Of a DNA stretch of 64,000 nucleotides, positions 49,853 to 60,579 are shown one piece after another; positions within the stretch are counted from its first letter, which is position 1; each line of letters begins with the position of its first letter. Below the pieces are notes generated by a model. That model searched no databases and was not told the origin of the DNA. It saw only the letters and a program-made list of their open reading frames with translations. The stretch is from assembly GCA_965250225.1 (NCBI GenBank), contig CBDFNQ010000035.1, positions 129,641-193,640 on the forward strand, given 5' to 3'. This DNA is from Gammaproteobacteria bacterium (GTDB lineage: Bacteria > Pseudomonadota > Gammaproteobacteria > Eutrophobiales > Eutrophobiaceae). The translations under genes were made by a program, and so were the position numbers.

Positions 49853-51109
49853 ATGGAAAAATATTCATTATTAAATTTGCTGCGTCACGCATGCTCTGGA
49901 AACACAGCATGGTCCCAGGCATGGCGACATCCTGAGCCGAAACCGGCTTATGATGTCCTCATCATTGGCGGTGGTGGACATGGCCTGGCAACGGCTCATT
50001 ATCTGGCAAAGGAACATGGTATTCGCGATGTCGCCGTATTGGAGAAATCCTGGATAGGTGGTGGCAACACTGGTCGCAATACCACCATTGTTCGCTCCGA
50101 CTACCTGCTTGAAGAAAACTCGCAGTTTTATGAATTTTCACTGGGCTTGTGGGAGACACTGAGCAATGACTTGAATTTCAACGTCATGCTCAGTCAACGT
50201 GGTGCACTGAATCTGGCTCATAGCGAAGCCGATCTGGCAAGCATGGCTAAACTGGGTAACGCTTTGCGTATTGCAGGTATTGATGCGGAATTGATGACGC
50301 GGGAAGAGGTGCAAAAATTTGTACCCTTACTTGATTGCTCTGATGATACAAGATATCCCGTCCACGGTGCCTTGTTACAGGGTCGGGGCGGCACAGCCCG
50401 ACATGATGCCGTGGCCTGGGGTTATGCCCGATCGGCCGACAGTTATGGCGTGGATATTATTCAGAACTGTGAAGTGACCGGTATGCAGATTGAAAAAGGT
50501 CGCATCCGGGGAGTGAAGACAAACCGCGGTACTATTCGCGCCGACAAGGTTGCTATCGAAGTTGCCGGCCATAGCAGCCAGGTCGCGACACTGGCCGGGT
50601 TGCGTCTACCCATTGAGTCACATTTGTTACAGGCCATGGTGACCGAGCCCATTAAGCCCGCACTCGATACTGTGGTAATGGGTCATGCCTTTGACGGCTA
50701 TGTCAGCCAGACTGACAAGGGTGAGATCGTCATGGGGGCGCAGCTGGATTATTATCCCAGCTATTCGCAACGCGGTAACTTACCACGCATTGAGGATATT
50801 GCCCGCTACACTTGCACCATGTTCCCAAGCTTCAGCCGACTGAGAATGATGCGTTCATGGGCCGGTATTAATGACATGACCATGGACGGTAGCCCGATCA
50901 TGGGTCCAACTCCGATAGATGGACTCTACATCAACGGTGGTTGGTGTTACGGCGGCTTTAAGGCGACGCCCGCGTCAGGCTGGACCTTCGCCCATACCCT
51001 GGCTCATGAGCAGGTTCATCCACTCATCGAACCATTTAATTTGGATAGGTTTATGTCGGGAAAAACCATTGATGAAACCGGAACCGGCCCGTTTCCACAA
51101 AGACACTGA
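49853..51109 (+). CDS. soxB: Sarcosine oxidase subunit beta (heterotetrameric type)
   Basis: MEKYSLLNLLRHA... N-terminus, YDVLIIGGGGHGLATAHYLAKEHGI, VLEKSWIGGGNTGRNTT. Followed by soxD, soxA and soxG. ATG 49853 is preferred over the track start. Confidence 0.9.
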   Translation: MEKYSLLNLLRHACSGNTAWSQAWRHPEPKPAYDVLIIGGGGHGLATAHYLAKEHGIRDVAVLEKSWIGGGNTGRNTTIVRSDYLLEENSQFYEFSLGLWETLSNDLNFNVMLSQRGALNLAHSEADLASMAKLGNALRIAGIDAELMTREEVQKFVPLLDCSDDTRYPVHGALLQGRGGTARHDAVAWGYARSADSYGVDIIQNCEVTGMQIEKGRIRGVKTNRGTIRADKVAIEVAGHSSQVATLAGLRLPIESHLLQAMVTEPIKPALDTVVMGHAFDGYVSQTDKGEIVMGAQLDYYPSYSQRGNLPRIEDIARYTCTMFPSFSRLRMMRSWAGINDMTMDGSPIMGPTPIDGLYINGGWCYGGFKATPASGWTFAHTLAHEQVHPLIEPFNLDRFMSGKTIDETGTGPFPQRH

Positions 51110-51120
51110 GGATAAAGCGT

Positions 51121-51402
51121 ATGCAATTGATAAAGTGTCCATGGTGCGGTGATCGCTCACAAAACGAGTTTAGTTACTATTGTGATGAAGAAGGCATCCC
51201 TGCCAGTAATGAAAAGGAAGGGACAGATAAAGACATGCTTGAGCGGCTTTACCTGAGAACAAACCACATTGGTTTTCACCATGAGGTTTGGCAGCACAGT
51301 GGCGGTTGTCGTGGTTGGCTTAGCCTGCAACGCCACAATCAAAGCCATGAAATCAAGACCAGCAAGCCACTAAATCGTACTCCAGGCAAGCCGGAATCAT
51401 GA
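51121..51402 (+). CDS. soxD: Sarcosine oxidase subunit delta
   Basis: 93 aa. MQLIKCPWCGDRSQNEFSY zinc-ribbon N-terminus is typical of SoxD. Confidence 0.88.
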   Translation: MQLIKCPWCGDRSQNEFSYYCDEEGIPASNEKEGTDKDMLERLYLRTNHIGFHHEVWQHSGGCRGWLSLQRHNQSHEIKTSKPLNRTPGKPES

Positions 51403-54400
51403 GCCAATCTCATCGTAAATCCAGCGGCGGTTTCATTAACCGCAAGTTGCCAATCAACTTTAGCTTCAATGGCAACGCCTATCAGGGCTATGCGGGTGAC
51501 ACCCTTGCTTCTGCCTTGCTGGCGAACGGCGTGCATTTTATTGGTCGAAGTTTTAAATATCACCGTCCCCGTGGCGTCTTTGCCATTGGTTCTGAAGAAC
51601 CTAATGCCCTGGTGCAACTCGAACGTGGTGCCTACACAGAACCAAATACACGCGCAAGCCAGGTTGAACTCTATGAAGGTCTCAGTGCATCCAGCCAGAA
51701 TTGCTGGCCCAGCCTGAATTTCGACATGCTCGCCGTTAACGATAAGCTGTCCGCCTTTCTCAAGGCCGGGTTTTATTACAAAACCTTTATGTCACCACGC
51801 TGGTTGTGGCCAGGTTATGAAAAGATGATCCGCAAGGCCGCCGGGATGGGGGATTCTCCAGTACAGGCAGATCCAGATCATTACCAACAAAAACACGAAC
51901 ACTGCGATGTACTGGTGGTTGGCGCGGGGCCAGCGGGACTTATTGCTGCACACACAGCGGCCAGTTCCGGCGCCCGGGTCATTTTCGTCGAAGAGGCAGC
52001 TGAGGTAGGTGGCTGGTTACGACGGGACAAGATGCAACTGAAAAATAAAGCGGCGCTTGACTGGTTTACGCCGATCATTGCAGCATTAAAAGACCGACCC
52101 AATGTGCTCATGCTCACCCGTACAACCGCTTTTGGCTACTATGATCATAATCTTGTCGCCTGTCTCGAGCGGCTAAGCGATCATATCAATAGTCAAGCGG
52201 GTTCTGTCGATGGTATGCCCCGCCAACGTCTTTGGCGCATCCGGGCAAAGCAAGTCATTTTGGCAACGGGTGCGATTGAGCGTCCTCTCACCTTTGCCAA
52301 TAACGATCTACCGGGCATCATGCTGGCCGGTGCTGCCCGTGGCTACCTGAACCAGTTTGCCGTTAAAGTCGGTCGTCGCGCCGTGATCTTGACCAATAAT
52401 GATAGCGCCTATCACAGCGCCATCGATCTTCATGATGGCGGTGTTAAAATCGAATGTATTATTGATCTACGGCTAATGCTAGTCCCTGACTCGGCATTAG
52501 TCAGGGCGGTATCGGAACGAAATATCCAGGTCATAAAAAATAGCACCATCACACATGCCTATGGCAAAAAGGCGGTTAACGCCGTTGAAATAAGTCAGGT
52601 TGATGCGCTACAAAGCGGCAAGTCACTGCGTATGTCATGCGATCTTGTTTGCGTTTCCGGCGGCTGGACTCCGGTCATCCACCTCCATGCACAGTCCGGC
52701 GGTCGTGCCCGTTACGACACGGATCTGGCTACCTTTGTCCCGGCTGAGTGTAAACAGGCAGAAAGATCTGTGGGGGCGGCACGCGGCCTGTTCGGGTTAA
52801 GCGATTGTATCCGGGACGGACTCCAGGCGGGGACAGAGATGGCGCAGCTATGTGGTTTTCGTGTGGGCGAATCTGTGAGCATTCCAGAGCAAACAGATGG
52901 ACTGAATGCCGTATCGGTAACCGATCCAACCCCTTCAAGTCCCCAACAACAATCCCGATACAAGCAATTCATCGATCTGCAAAACGACGTCACCACCCAT
53001 GATATCAAACAAGCACACACGGAAGGTTACATATCGGTAGAACATTTAAAGCGCTACACCACTCTGGGGATGGGAACGGATCAAGGCAAGACCTCCAATA
53101 TAAACGGATTGGAATTACTGGCTCGGCATCGACAAGAGACGATCCCTGAAGTGGGGACAACTACTTTTCGGCCACCCTATACACCCATAAGCCTTGGCAG
53201 CCTGGCCGGTTCTGCTATAAAAACACGGTTAGAGCCAAAACGACTCAGTCCCATGCATGCTCAGCAGGAAAAAGCCGGAGCGGTGTTTGTGCCCAATGGG
53301 CTGTGGCTCAGACCGCAATGCTATCCACTGCTGGGTGAATCCAACTCAGTCGCCGTACTACGTGAGATGACAGCGGTTAGAAATAAGCTGGGTATAGTGG
53401 ATGTATCTACATTGGGAAAAGTTGAAATAAAGGGAAAGGACGCGGTTGAGTTTCTTAACCGTGTTTATATCAATGGCTGGGATTCACTGGCTGTGGGTCG
53501 TTGCCGCTACGGTTTGATGCTGCGTGAAGATGGCATGATCCTGGATGATGGAACGACCTCGCGACTGGCGGAACATCATTTTTTCATGACCACGACGACG
53601 GGCAACGCTGAACAGGTTTTGCAACATCTCGAATTTTTCCTGGAAGTGGTCTGGCGCGATCTGGATGTCAATATTATTCCCGTCACTGAGCAATGGGCGG
53701 CGCTTGCCATGGCCGGCCCACAAAGCCGAGAACTTTTGTGCCAACTGTTTCCCGATGTGGATCTATCCAGCGAAGCGCTGCCTTATATGGGCATGCTTGA
53801 ATGTACGCTAGCGGGCTATCCAGTCCGAATCATGCGCATTAGTTTTTCCGGCGAGTTGGCCTATGAGATATACATACCCTCAAGCCAAGGCGCAAAACTG
53901 TGGAACCAGTTACTCAACCTGGGCAAGGCATATGGTGTTACACCTTATGGTCTGGATGTATTGGACATGCTTCGCGTCGAGAAAGGTTTTATCGGCATGG
54001 GCACTGATGCAGATGGCCGCGTAACACCTTACGATCTAGGCATGGGCCGGATGGTAAGCAAGAAAAAAGATTTTATCGGCCGTATTGCCTTGAAGCGTCC
54101 TGCACTGCACGCAGATGACAGGCTGAGTCTGGTCGGTTTAATCGCGGACGATAATGCTGAACTACGTGAAGGTGCGCACATATTGGCAACAAAAAACGCA
54201 TCCGGCTTTGGTGCATCAATCGGCCACATCAGTTCCGCCGCCTATAGCATCGCTTTGAACAAGCCCGTTGCACTTGCCATGATTAAAGGCGGACAAGCAA
54301 GACGCGATGAGACCGTCTTTGTTTGTGATCCCGTCCGTGACAACAAAATCGTCCCTGTCAAGGTAGTGAATCCGTGCTTTTACGATCCTGCCGGAGACAG

Positions 54401-54413
54401 GTTACGCGACTAG
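51399..54413 (+). CDS. soxA: Sarcosine oxidase subunit alpha
   Basis: 1004 aa. The N-terminal region resembles a 2Fe-2S fold, followed by NAD/FAD fold DVLVVGAGPAGLIAA and a C-terminal GcvT-like folate-binding domain (VDVSTLGKVEIKGKDA). Confidence 0.92.
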   Translation: MSQSHRKSSGGFINRKLPINFSFNGNAYQGYAGDTLASALLANGVHFIGRSFKYHRPRGVFAIGSEEPNALVQLERGAYTEPNTRASQVELYEGLSASSQNCWPSLNFDMLAVNDKLSAFLKAGFYYKTFMSPRWLWPGYEKMIRKAAGMGDSPVQADPDHYQQKHEHCDVLVVGAGPAGLIAAHTAASSGARVIFVEEAAEVGGWLRRDKMQLKNKAALDWFTPIIAALKDRPNVLMLTRTTAFGYYDHNLVACLERLSDHINSQAGSVDGMPRQRLWRIRAKQVILATGAIERPLTFANNDLPGIMLAGAARGYLNQFAVKVGRRAVILTNNDSAYHSAIDLHDGGVKIECIIDLRLMLVPDSALVRAVSERNIQVIKNSTITHAYGKKAVNAVEISQVDALQSGKSLRMSCDLVCVSGGWTPVIHLHAQSGGRARYDTDLATFVPAECKQAERSVGAARGLFGLSDCIRDGLQAGTEMAQLCGFRVGESVSIPEQTDGLNAVSVTDPTPSSPQQQSRYKQFIDLQNDVTTHDIKQAHTEGYISVEHLKRYTTLGMGTDQGKTSNINGLELLARHRQETIPEVGTTTFRPPYTPISLGSLAGSAIKTRLEPKRLSPMHAQQEKAGAVFVPNGLWLRPQCYPLLGESNSVAVLREMTAVRNKLGIVDVSTLGKVEIKGKDAVEFLNRVYINGWDSLAVGRCRYGLMLREDGMILDDGTTSRLAEHHFFMTTTTGNAEQVLQHLEFFLEVVWRDLDVNIIPVTEQWAALAMAGPQSRELLCQLFPDVDLSSEALPYMGMLECTLAGYPVRIMRISFSGELAYEIYIPSSQGAKLWNQLLNLGKAYGVTPYGLDVLDMLRVEKGFIGMGTDADGRVTPYDLGMGRMVSKKKDFIGRIALKRPALHADDRLSLVGLIADDNAELREGAHILATKNASGFGASIGHISSAAYSIALNKPVALAMIKGGQARRDETVFVCDPVRDNKIVPVKVVNPCFYDPAGDRLRD

Positions 54414-54427
54414 ATACAGGTATAAAT

Positions 54428-54952
54428 ATGAACGATACAAATGAATCACTGTTGTTCGCTGACAAGGATTTAAAAATCTCACAACAAAAGGGCATCGCAT
54501 TATTACACCTTTCCTCGCGTCACACTGTCCCTGCCGCGCTTCAGCAGATCGTTACAAATCTTGATATGACTATTCCGATGGAAGCGAATACGGTGATTCA
54601 TGGCGATCAGGAAAGTCGCGTATTTTGGTTTGGACCGGGGAGTTGGCTCATCCGTTGTGCGAATACAGATAAACCGCTCATCAATGATCCGGATAATGCC
54701 ATCACGGATATTTCCGATAGCCGCCTCATTTATCAAATTGAAGGGGATAAGGCATGTGAATTAATGTCCCTGGGCTGTCCCCTGGATTTTCGATCAAATG
54801 AGATCGCAGCAGATCGTTGCGGCCACACGATTTACAACCATTTTCATATTTTTATATACAGAATGGCCGAGTCTTGTTTTGAAGTGTATATAGAAAGGAG
54901 CTATGCCCATGGCTTTAGCTTGGAATTAATCAGTGCGGCTAATAACATATAA
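54428..54952 (+). CDS. soxG: Sarcosine oxidase subunit gamma
   Basis: 174 aa from ATG 54428. Position after soxA and typical size. The track start 54374 overlaps soxA. Confidence 0.75.
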   Translation: MNDTNESLLFADKDLKISQQKGIALLHLSSRHTVPAALQQIVTNLDMTIPMEANTVIHGDQESRVFWFGPGSWLIRCANTDKPLINDPDNAITDISDSRLIYQIEGDKACELMSLGCPLDFRSNEIAADRCGHTIYNHFHIFIYRMAESCFEVYIERSYAHGFSLELISAANNI

Positions 54953-55020
54953 ATATTTTTTTTATATCAAAAGGATTTTATTTGAGTAATGGTCTTTAAA
55001 AATAACAGGCGGGTAGAAAA

Positions 55021-56148
55021 ATGAGTTTAGAACAAACACTAGCGAAAGAATATTATTTTGACACTGGGATTTTTGAACAGGAACGTCAACATATCTTCCA
55101 TTCTGAATGGTTCTGTGCCGGACGTACATCGGATATTGTCGAAGCCGGCGACTACCAACTGGTGAATATCGCCGACGAAAGCATCATAGTCACCCGCACG
55201 TCAGCGGGTAAACTCAATGCATTCTATAACGTATGTCGACATAGAGGGACTCAACTGGTTGACAGTAGCGAGTTATCAGAAAAGGGTTCTTCCCCTTGCG
55301 GTAAATTTAAAGGTTCGATCAAATGCCCTTACCATGCCTGGCTCTATAATCTCGATGGTACGCTGCGGGGAGCACCCCATGTTATGCAAAACGACGATTT
55401 TTGCAAAGAGAACTTTTCACTCTATCCAGTGGCCTTGCTATGCTGGGGAGGCTTCTATTTTTTAAACCTTGACCAACAGGTATCGGCTGAAAATGGTACA
55501 TTTGAAAAACAACTCAATGACATTCTTGAGCGGGTAAAACGTTATGAGCTGGAAAATTTGCTTACGGCGGAAAGAATCCGCTATAACGTTGAAGCAAACT
55601 GGAAGGTAATATTGGAAAATTACAATGAATGTTATCATTGCGGATCGGTTCACCCTGAGTTGTGTGAGATCGTTCCCGCATTCAAAAAAAATGGTGCCGC
55701 AGGTCTGGATTGGGAACGAGGCATTCTACAGCGTAAAGGGACTGACACCTATTCTGTTACCGGAACTTCAAACCGTGCCTCTCTGCCGAAATTAAATGAA
55801 GAAGAAAAAGTCCGACATAACGGTGAACTGGCTTATCCTAATATGATGTTGAGTCTGGCCCGTGATCACGCGGCTGTGTTTATTCTGTTTCCAAAAGACG
55901 CAGAACATACCATTATTGATTGTCATTTCCTGTTTCATCCTGATGAAATAAATAAAACCGATTTTAATCCCGCCGACGCCACTGGTTTTTGGGATATGGT
56001 AAACAAACAGGATTGGACCATCTGTGAAAAAGTACAACGAGGAATGCGTTCCCGTGCATTCAAGTCAGGCTTTTATGCACCAATGGAAGATTTGAGTCTC
56101 GATATTAGACACTATATTGAAAAGCGTTTGGGTAGGAAGAATAGCTAG
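55021..56148 (+). CDS. Rieske (2Fe-2S) non-heme iron oxygenase, alpha-subunit type (GbcA/CntA/choline-monooxygenase-like)
   Basis: Rieske ligands CRHRG...CPYHAW with a long insert between them. Catalytic-domain motif NYNECYHCGSVHPEL. No reductase partner lies adjacent. Confidence 0.8.
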   Translation: MSLEQTLAKEYYFDTGIFEQERQHIFHSEWFCAGRTSDIVEAGDYQLVNIADESIIVTRTSAGKLNAFYNVCRHRGTQLVDSSELSEKGSSPCGKFKGSIKCPYHAWLYNLDGTLRGAPHVMQNDDFCKENFSLYPVALLCWGGFYFLNLDQQVSAENGTFEKQLNDILERVKRYELENLLTAERIRYNVEANWKVILENYNECYHCGSVHPELCEIVPAFKKNGAAGLDWERGILQRKGTDTYSVTGTSNRASLPKLNEEEKVRHNGELAYPNMMLSLARDHAAVFILFPKDAEHTIIDCHFLFHPDEINKTDFNPADATGFWDMVNKQDWTICEKVQRGMRSRAFKSGFYAPMEDLSLDIRHYIEKRLGRKNS

Positions 56149-56196
56149 AATTCATTACTTGTTATTCTGCTAATTTAGGTACAAATAAATTTTTAA

Positions 56197-57093
56197 TCAT
56201 TGACCAGTCATTTTAAGTAACCAATCACGAAAGGCGGTGACGGGTGCGTATTTTGATTTATCAATTGGTGATACCAGATAATATCCAGCCTCACTTTTCA
56301 GTGGGGTGTTAAAAATAACAATCAATTCCTCTTTGTCCAACTCGTGCTGAATTAGAAACTTGGGTAGCAAAGCGACTCCAAGACCTGCCACGGCAGCCTG
56401 GGCAATGATGGAAAATTGCTCAAACAGCATACCTTGTCCCACAGGTACACTGACCCCATTTGAGCTTAACCAGTTCTCCCAGGCATTGGCGCGACTGCTC
56501 AGGCGCAACAGTGACAGTGAGATCAAATCGGCAGGCGTGTTAATGCTGTGTTGATTTAACAAGCTTGGCGAGCAAACCGGAATTGACTCTTCTCCCATTA
56601 GAAAAGTGCTCTCAGTTGCAGGCCAGTCGGGTCTGCCATAGTGTATGGCGGCATGCAGGTTTTCATCCTGAAAATTAAAAGGTGCAAGTTTGCTGACAAA
56701 GTTGACAGTGACATCGGGGTGCTCTTGTAAAAACATTGGAAAACGCGGCATTAGCCAGCGTGTACCGAAGGTGGGTAATATGGCTAAATTCAAGGTACCA
56801 CTGAGCGGATTAGTGATCGCATTGAGGGTGGCATTGCGAATAAGCTGCAGTGCGCGATGTACTTCCTGGGCATAAATTATACCGACTTCAGTTAACTGAA
56901 TGGATTTACGTATTCGTCTAAAGAGAGTGATACCTAGTTGTTCTTCCAGCGCATGGATCTGTCGGCTGACGGCACCTTGGGTCAAATTAATTTCTCGGGC
57001 AGCGGCGGTAAAACTGCCGGTTCGTGCGGCAGAATCAAATGCCATGAGCATGCTGGTGCTGGGTATGAGTCGCTTTTGATTAGACATGTCCAT
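56197..57093 (-). CDS. LysR-family transcriptional regulator (GcvA-like)
   Basis: N-terminal wHTH FDSAARTGSFTAAAREINLTQGAVSRQIHALEEQLG and a C-terminal substrate-binding domain. Confidence 0.88.
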   Translation of the reverse strand: MDMSNQKRLIPSTSMLMAFDSAARTGSFTAAAREINLTQGAVSRQIHALEEQLGITLFRRIRKSIQLTEVGIIYAQEVHRALQLIRNATLNAITNPLSGTLNLAILPTFGTRWLMPRFPMFLQEHPDVTVNFVSKLAPFNFQDENLHAAIHYGRPDWPATESTFLMGEESIPVCSPSLLNQHSINTPADLISLSLLRLSSRANAWENWLSSNGVSVPVGQGMLFEQFSIIAQAAVAGLGVALLPKFLIQHELDKEELIVIFNTPLKSEAGYYLVSPIDKSKYAPVTAFRDWLLKMTGQ

Positions 57094-57511
57094 TACTATA
57101 TATCATGAATCAATGAAGTAAAGTGGTTTGTCCAAACTTAATAATTACTCCAATATATCAATGTATTAAGCAAAATATTGAATCTATCTCTATTAGCTGG
57201 ATTAGATAATTCTATGAGGTATAAGCATATGTTCTCGCTGTGTTCTCATACTGTAGTTGTGGCTGATTGTGTCAGGCTAAGAAATGTTGCCTCAGGTAAA
57301 AACAGACACTTTTTTGAATCGCGTTGATAAGACCATGCTTATCTTGCCATGTATAATGAGGCGACATAAGTTTTGACTTAAACTACGTCAGCAGGCAAGT
57401 TAGTGTGTTGTTGCCAGTCATGTTTTTTTACTGTTCCTGATCATCGTAGTAGTTTATAAAACTCTGCATATTAGTGACTGTGCCGCAGCATATCTCAACC
57501 AGGTGTTACGC

Positions 57512-58813
57512 ATGCAATTAAATAAACCAAACCAAACAACATTTTTATTTGCCATTCGCTCGTCATGGGCGCTGTTGCTTGGTTTTGGCATACTCATGAT
57601 TGGTGATGGTTTACAGGGTTCGTTGCTCGCCATCAGGGCGGATCTGCAAGGTTATACCACCATCACCACTGGTTTAATCATGTCTTCCTACTATATCGGG
57701 TTTTTATGTGGTTCGATCATGGCTCCTAAAATCATGGTGCAGGTAGGGCACGTTCGAGTTTTTGCGGCACTTGCTGCGATCGCATCAGCAGCTATTTTGA
57801 TCCATGCTGTCTTTGTCTACATTCCGGCATGGATATTTCTCCGTTTGATCAGTGGCTTTTGCTTCGCCGGACTCTACGTTGTTGCTGAGAGTTGGTTAAA
57901 TGATAAGGCCACCAATGAATCGCGCGGTAAATTGCTTTCCTTGTATATGGTCGTCACTTATCTAGGTGTGGGGCTTGGGCAATTATGTCTGAATTTGGGA
58001 GAGCCAACGGAATATCCACTCTACATAGTGACATCGGTGCTGATTTCAATCGCAGTTGTTCCCTTGTTATTATCAGCGGGAGCACCGCCACATTATTCAG
58101 AATCTGTGGGCATTAGATTACGAGAGTTATATCAAATATCCCCTCTTGGGATTGTTGGCATGTTTGTAGTTGGACTGGTGACGGCGACATTTTTTGCACT
58201 GGGACCCGTATACGGACAGCGCCATGGTCTCGATGTCGAAAATATTTCCTATTTTATGACCGCTGCTGTGGTAGGGACGATTCTGTTTCAGTGGCCTATA
58301 GGAGCTCTATCGGATAAATTTGATCGAAGGATTGTCCTTACCATCGTCACCTTGTTAACTGCGGTAGCTGCTTTTGCCTGTGTGCCATTCTCCGCAATAT
58401 CAAATGAAATACTGTTTTTAGCTGTCGCTGTCTTTTGTGGTTTTGCATTGCCCATGTATTCTGTTTGTATTGCCTACACCAATGATCACCTACAGCCCAG
58501 GCAGATGATCGCCGCAAGTGGTGCACTAGTTCTGGTAAGTGGGATAGGTGCAGTGATAGGCCCTGTTTTGGTGGCCACGGTGATGAATTATATTGGCAAT
58601 GACGGGTTTTTCTGGAGCATGGGCGTTGTCCATTTGTTAACAGGTCTTTTTGCCTTATATATAATGACAAAAGAAGCTGCCACGCCTCTCGATCAACAAG
58701 GCGTCATTACACCAACATCCATCCATCCATCAAGTTCAGTGATTGAGAGCATGCAACAATATGCAAAAGATGAGGCCTTGTCACAGGGTTCTGAATCGTC
58801 AACAGAGAAGTGA
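57512..58813 (+). CDS. MFS transporter
   Basis: 12 predicted TM helices and the loop 2-3 motif DKFDRR. ATG 57512 is preferred over GTG 57503. Confidence 0.85.
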   Translation: MQLNKPNQTTFLFAIRSSWALLLGFGILMIGDGLQGSLLAIRADLQGYTTITTGLIMSSYYIGFLCGSIMAPKIMVQVGHVRVFAALAAIASAAILIHAVFVYIPAWIFLRLISGFCFAGLYVVAESWLNDKATNESRGKLLSLYMVVTYLGVGLGQLCLNLGEPTEYPLYIVTSVLISIAVVPLLLSAGAPPHYSESVGIRLRELYQISPLGIVGMFVVGLVTATFFALGPVYGQRHGLDVENISYFMTAAVVGTILFQWPIGALSDKFDRRIVLTIVTLLTAVAAFACVPFSAISNEILFLAVAVFCGFALPMYSVCIAYTNDHLQPRQMIAASGALVLVSGIGAVIGPVLVATVMNYIGNDGFFWSMGVVHLLTGLFALYIMTKEAATPLDQQGVITPTSIHPSSSVIESMQQYAKDEALSQGSESSTEK

Positions 58814-59032
58814 GGTATGTTCTATCCCCATTGCCTCAGATCAAAAACATAATCTATTACAAAAACTCATTACTTCATGAAGTAATTTAGTTTGTGTATT
58901 TTCTAAATTATGACCAATATATTAATTATAACACAATTTTTAAAGACTAATTGGCATCTGTCAAAAAAGATTATCGATTAGTGTTTGGAATGCAAATTAG
59001 CTATTAACATACAGAATAACCTGGTGATGATT

Positions 59033-60469
59033 ATGTCAACAAAAGAAAAATACCAACCTTCTACAACAGAAAAAGACTTTATAGATTCAGTAGAAAAAGG
59101 CAGTTATGAGCGCCAAATTGTCAATGGATTGAAAAAATTCATCGACAAGAATGTGGCAGAGGATATGCAATCCTTTTATTCAGAACCTGAATTACAGGCA
59201 TTGGTGGATCTGCGTGATTCGGATCGCGATATCGAACAGCGTATGCCGGTAAAAATAACCCGTCACTATTTCGAACTAGCTAAAAACAGTACCGCCTTGC
59301 AGACTCTGGTGAAGGCCAGTCCGAAAGAAATCTTTGATCTGGATGGTGCTCCCGATCCGGGCAAGCAAATGGACTACTGTCCGGTAGAAGGATTGATTCA
59401 TAAATACGAATTAGGTCTTATCTATGTGGCATCAACCTGTTCAGCCCATTGCCGTTTTTGTTATCGCGAAGAATTGATTGCCAGAAAAGAAGTAGAACGT
59501 CCTGATGGAACTGTGGCGCCAAAAGGTCTGGCGCAGATCGGTGAGATTGTCGAGTACATAAAAGAGCACAACGAGATCGTTGCAGAGAACGATGGTATCC
59601 ATCCAGAAACGGGTCGGGAAAAACTGCGGGAAATCCTGATGTCGGGTGGTGATCCCATGGTACTGGGTAATAAAAATATCGCTGCATGGTTGTCAGCACT
59701 GGCCGAGGTGGGTATTGAAAATATCCGAATTGGCACCAAGGAACTGGCATTCTATCCTGATCGTTTCGACGACAGCTTCTTCGACATGATGGACAAATTC
59801 CACGCGCTTTATCCGGGTGTCAGTCTAAGAATTATGATCCACTTTAATCATCCAGATGAATTCCTGAAAAAAGATGCGAATGGAAAATACATGGATGATC
59901 CGGAAGGTGGTCTGCATTGGGTGGATAGTACCAAACGCGCTATTAAGGAATTGCGCAGCCGTAACTGGATCAATGTCGATAATCAGGCACCGATTATTAA
60001 CGGCGTCAATAACGATCCAGATGCATTGCGCATTCAGCAACGTGAACTCAAGCGTAATGGTGTTGAAAACCACTATTACTTTTGTGGCAGGGATATTATT
60101 GGTCACAAGGCCTTTAATGTACCTATCGAAGAGGCCTGGCGAATTCTCAATGAATCGCAAAAGGGTTTGTCCGGTGTGGAAACCCATGCCCGGCTTTCTA
60201 TTACGCATTATAAGGGAAAGACCGAAGTGGCGGCAGTGACCAATAAACCTGTAGCCGGTTTACCCGGCAGTGAAAACGGCGTTGTCATACTGAAATTATT
60301 ACGTGGCGCGGCGGAAGCATCGGATCGCGGTAAAATTGCAATATTGGGTTGTAACCCGGAAGCAATCTGGTTTAGCGGTTATAACGATCGGGTGCTGTTC
60401 GATGAAGCGGGATTTTTTGATGATGTTGCGGAAAATCAAACATCACCCAAACTCGCAGAAGCGATGTAG
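59033..60469 (+). CDS. KamA-family radical SAM 2,3-aminomutase-like enzyme (atypical)
   Basis: CSAHCRFCYR (CxxxCxxC), SGGDPM, HFNHPDEF, NQAPIINGVN and YKGKT (candidate PLP lysine) are collinear with lysine 2,3-aminomutase. It has a long N-terminal region. ATG 59033 or 59027. Confidence 0.8.
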   Translation: MSTKEKYQPSTTEKDFIDSVEKGSYERQIVNGLKKFIDKNVAEDMQSFYSEPELQALVDLRDSDRDIEQRMPVKITRHYFELAKNSTALQTLVKASPKEIFDLDGAPDPGKQMDYCPVEGLIHKYELGLIYVASTCSAHCRFCYREELIARKEVERPDGTVAPKGLAQIGEIVEYIKEHNEIVAENDGIHPETGREKLREILMSGGDPMVLGNKNIAAWLSALAEVGIENIRIGTKELAFYPDRFDDSFFDMMDKFHALYPGVSLRIMIHFNHPDEFLKKDANGKYMDDPEGGLHWVDSTKRAIKELRSRNWINVDNQAPIINGVNNDPDALRIQQRELKRNGVENHYYFCGRDIIGHKAFNVPIEEAWRILNESQKGLSGVETHARLSITHYKGKTEVAAVTNKPVAGLPGSENGVVILKLLRGAAEASDRGKIAILGCNPEAIWFSGYNDRVLFDEAGFFDDVAENQTSPKLAEAM

Positions 60470-60579
60470 CCAATCTGGAGTAACGTTAATCAATAATATG
60501 AATAAGTCATACTTGGTATACCGATAAAATTAAGTGAAAAAGATTTTTGCAGATACTGAAATCGGAAAGGTAGTAATTA

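Noticed and set aside
57094-57502. Roughly 400-bp LysR/MFS intergenic region as a possible ncRNA or riboswitch; TGTATAAT near 57340
   Set aside because: I could find no convincing stem-loops or conserved motif. The TG is one position off for an extended -10 element. It is most simply a divergent promoter region.
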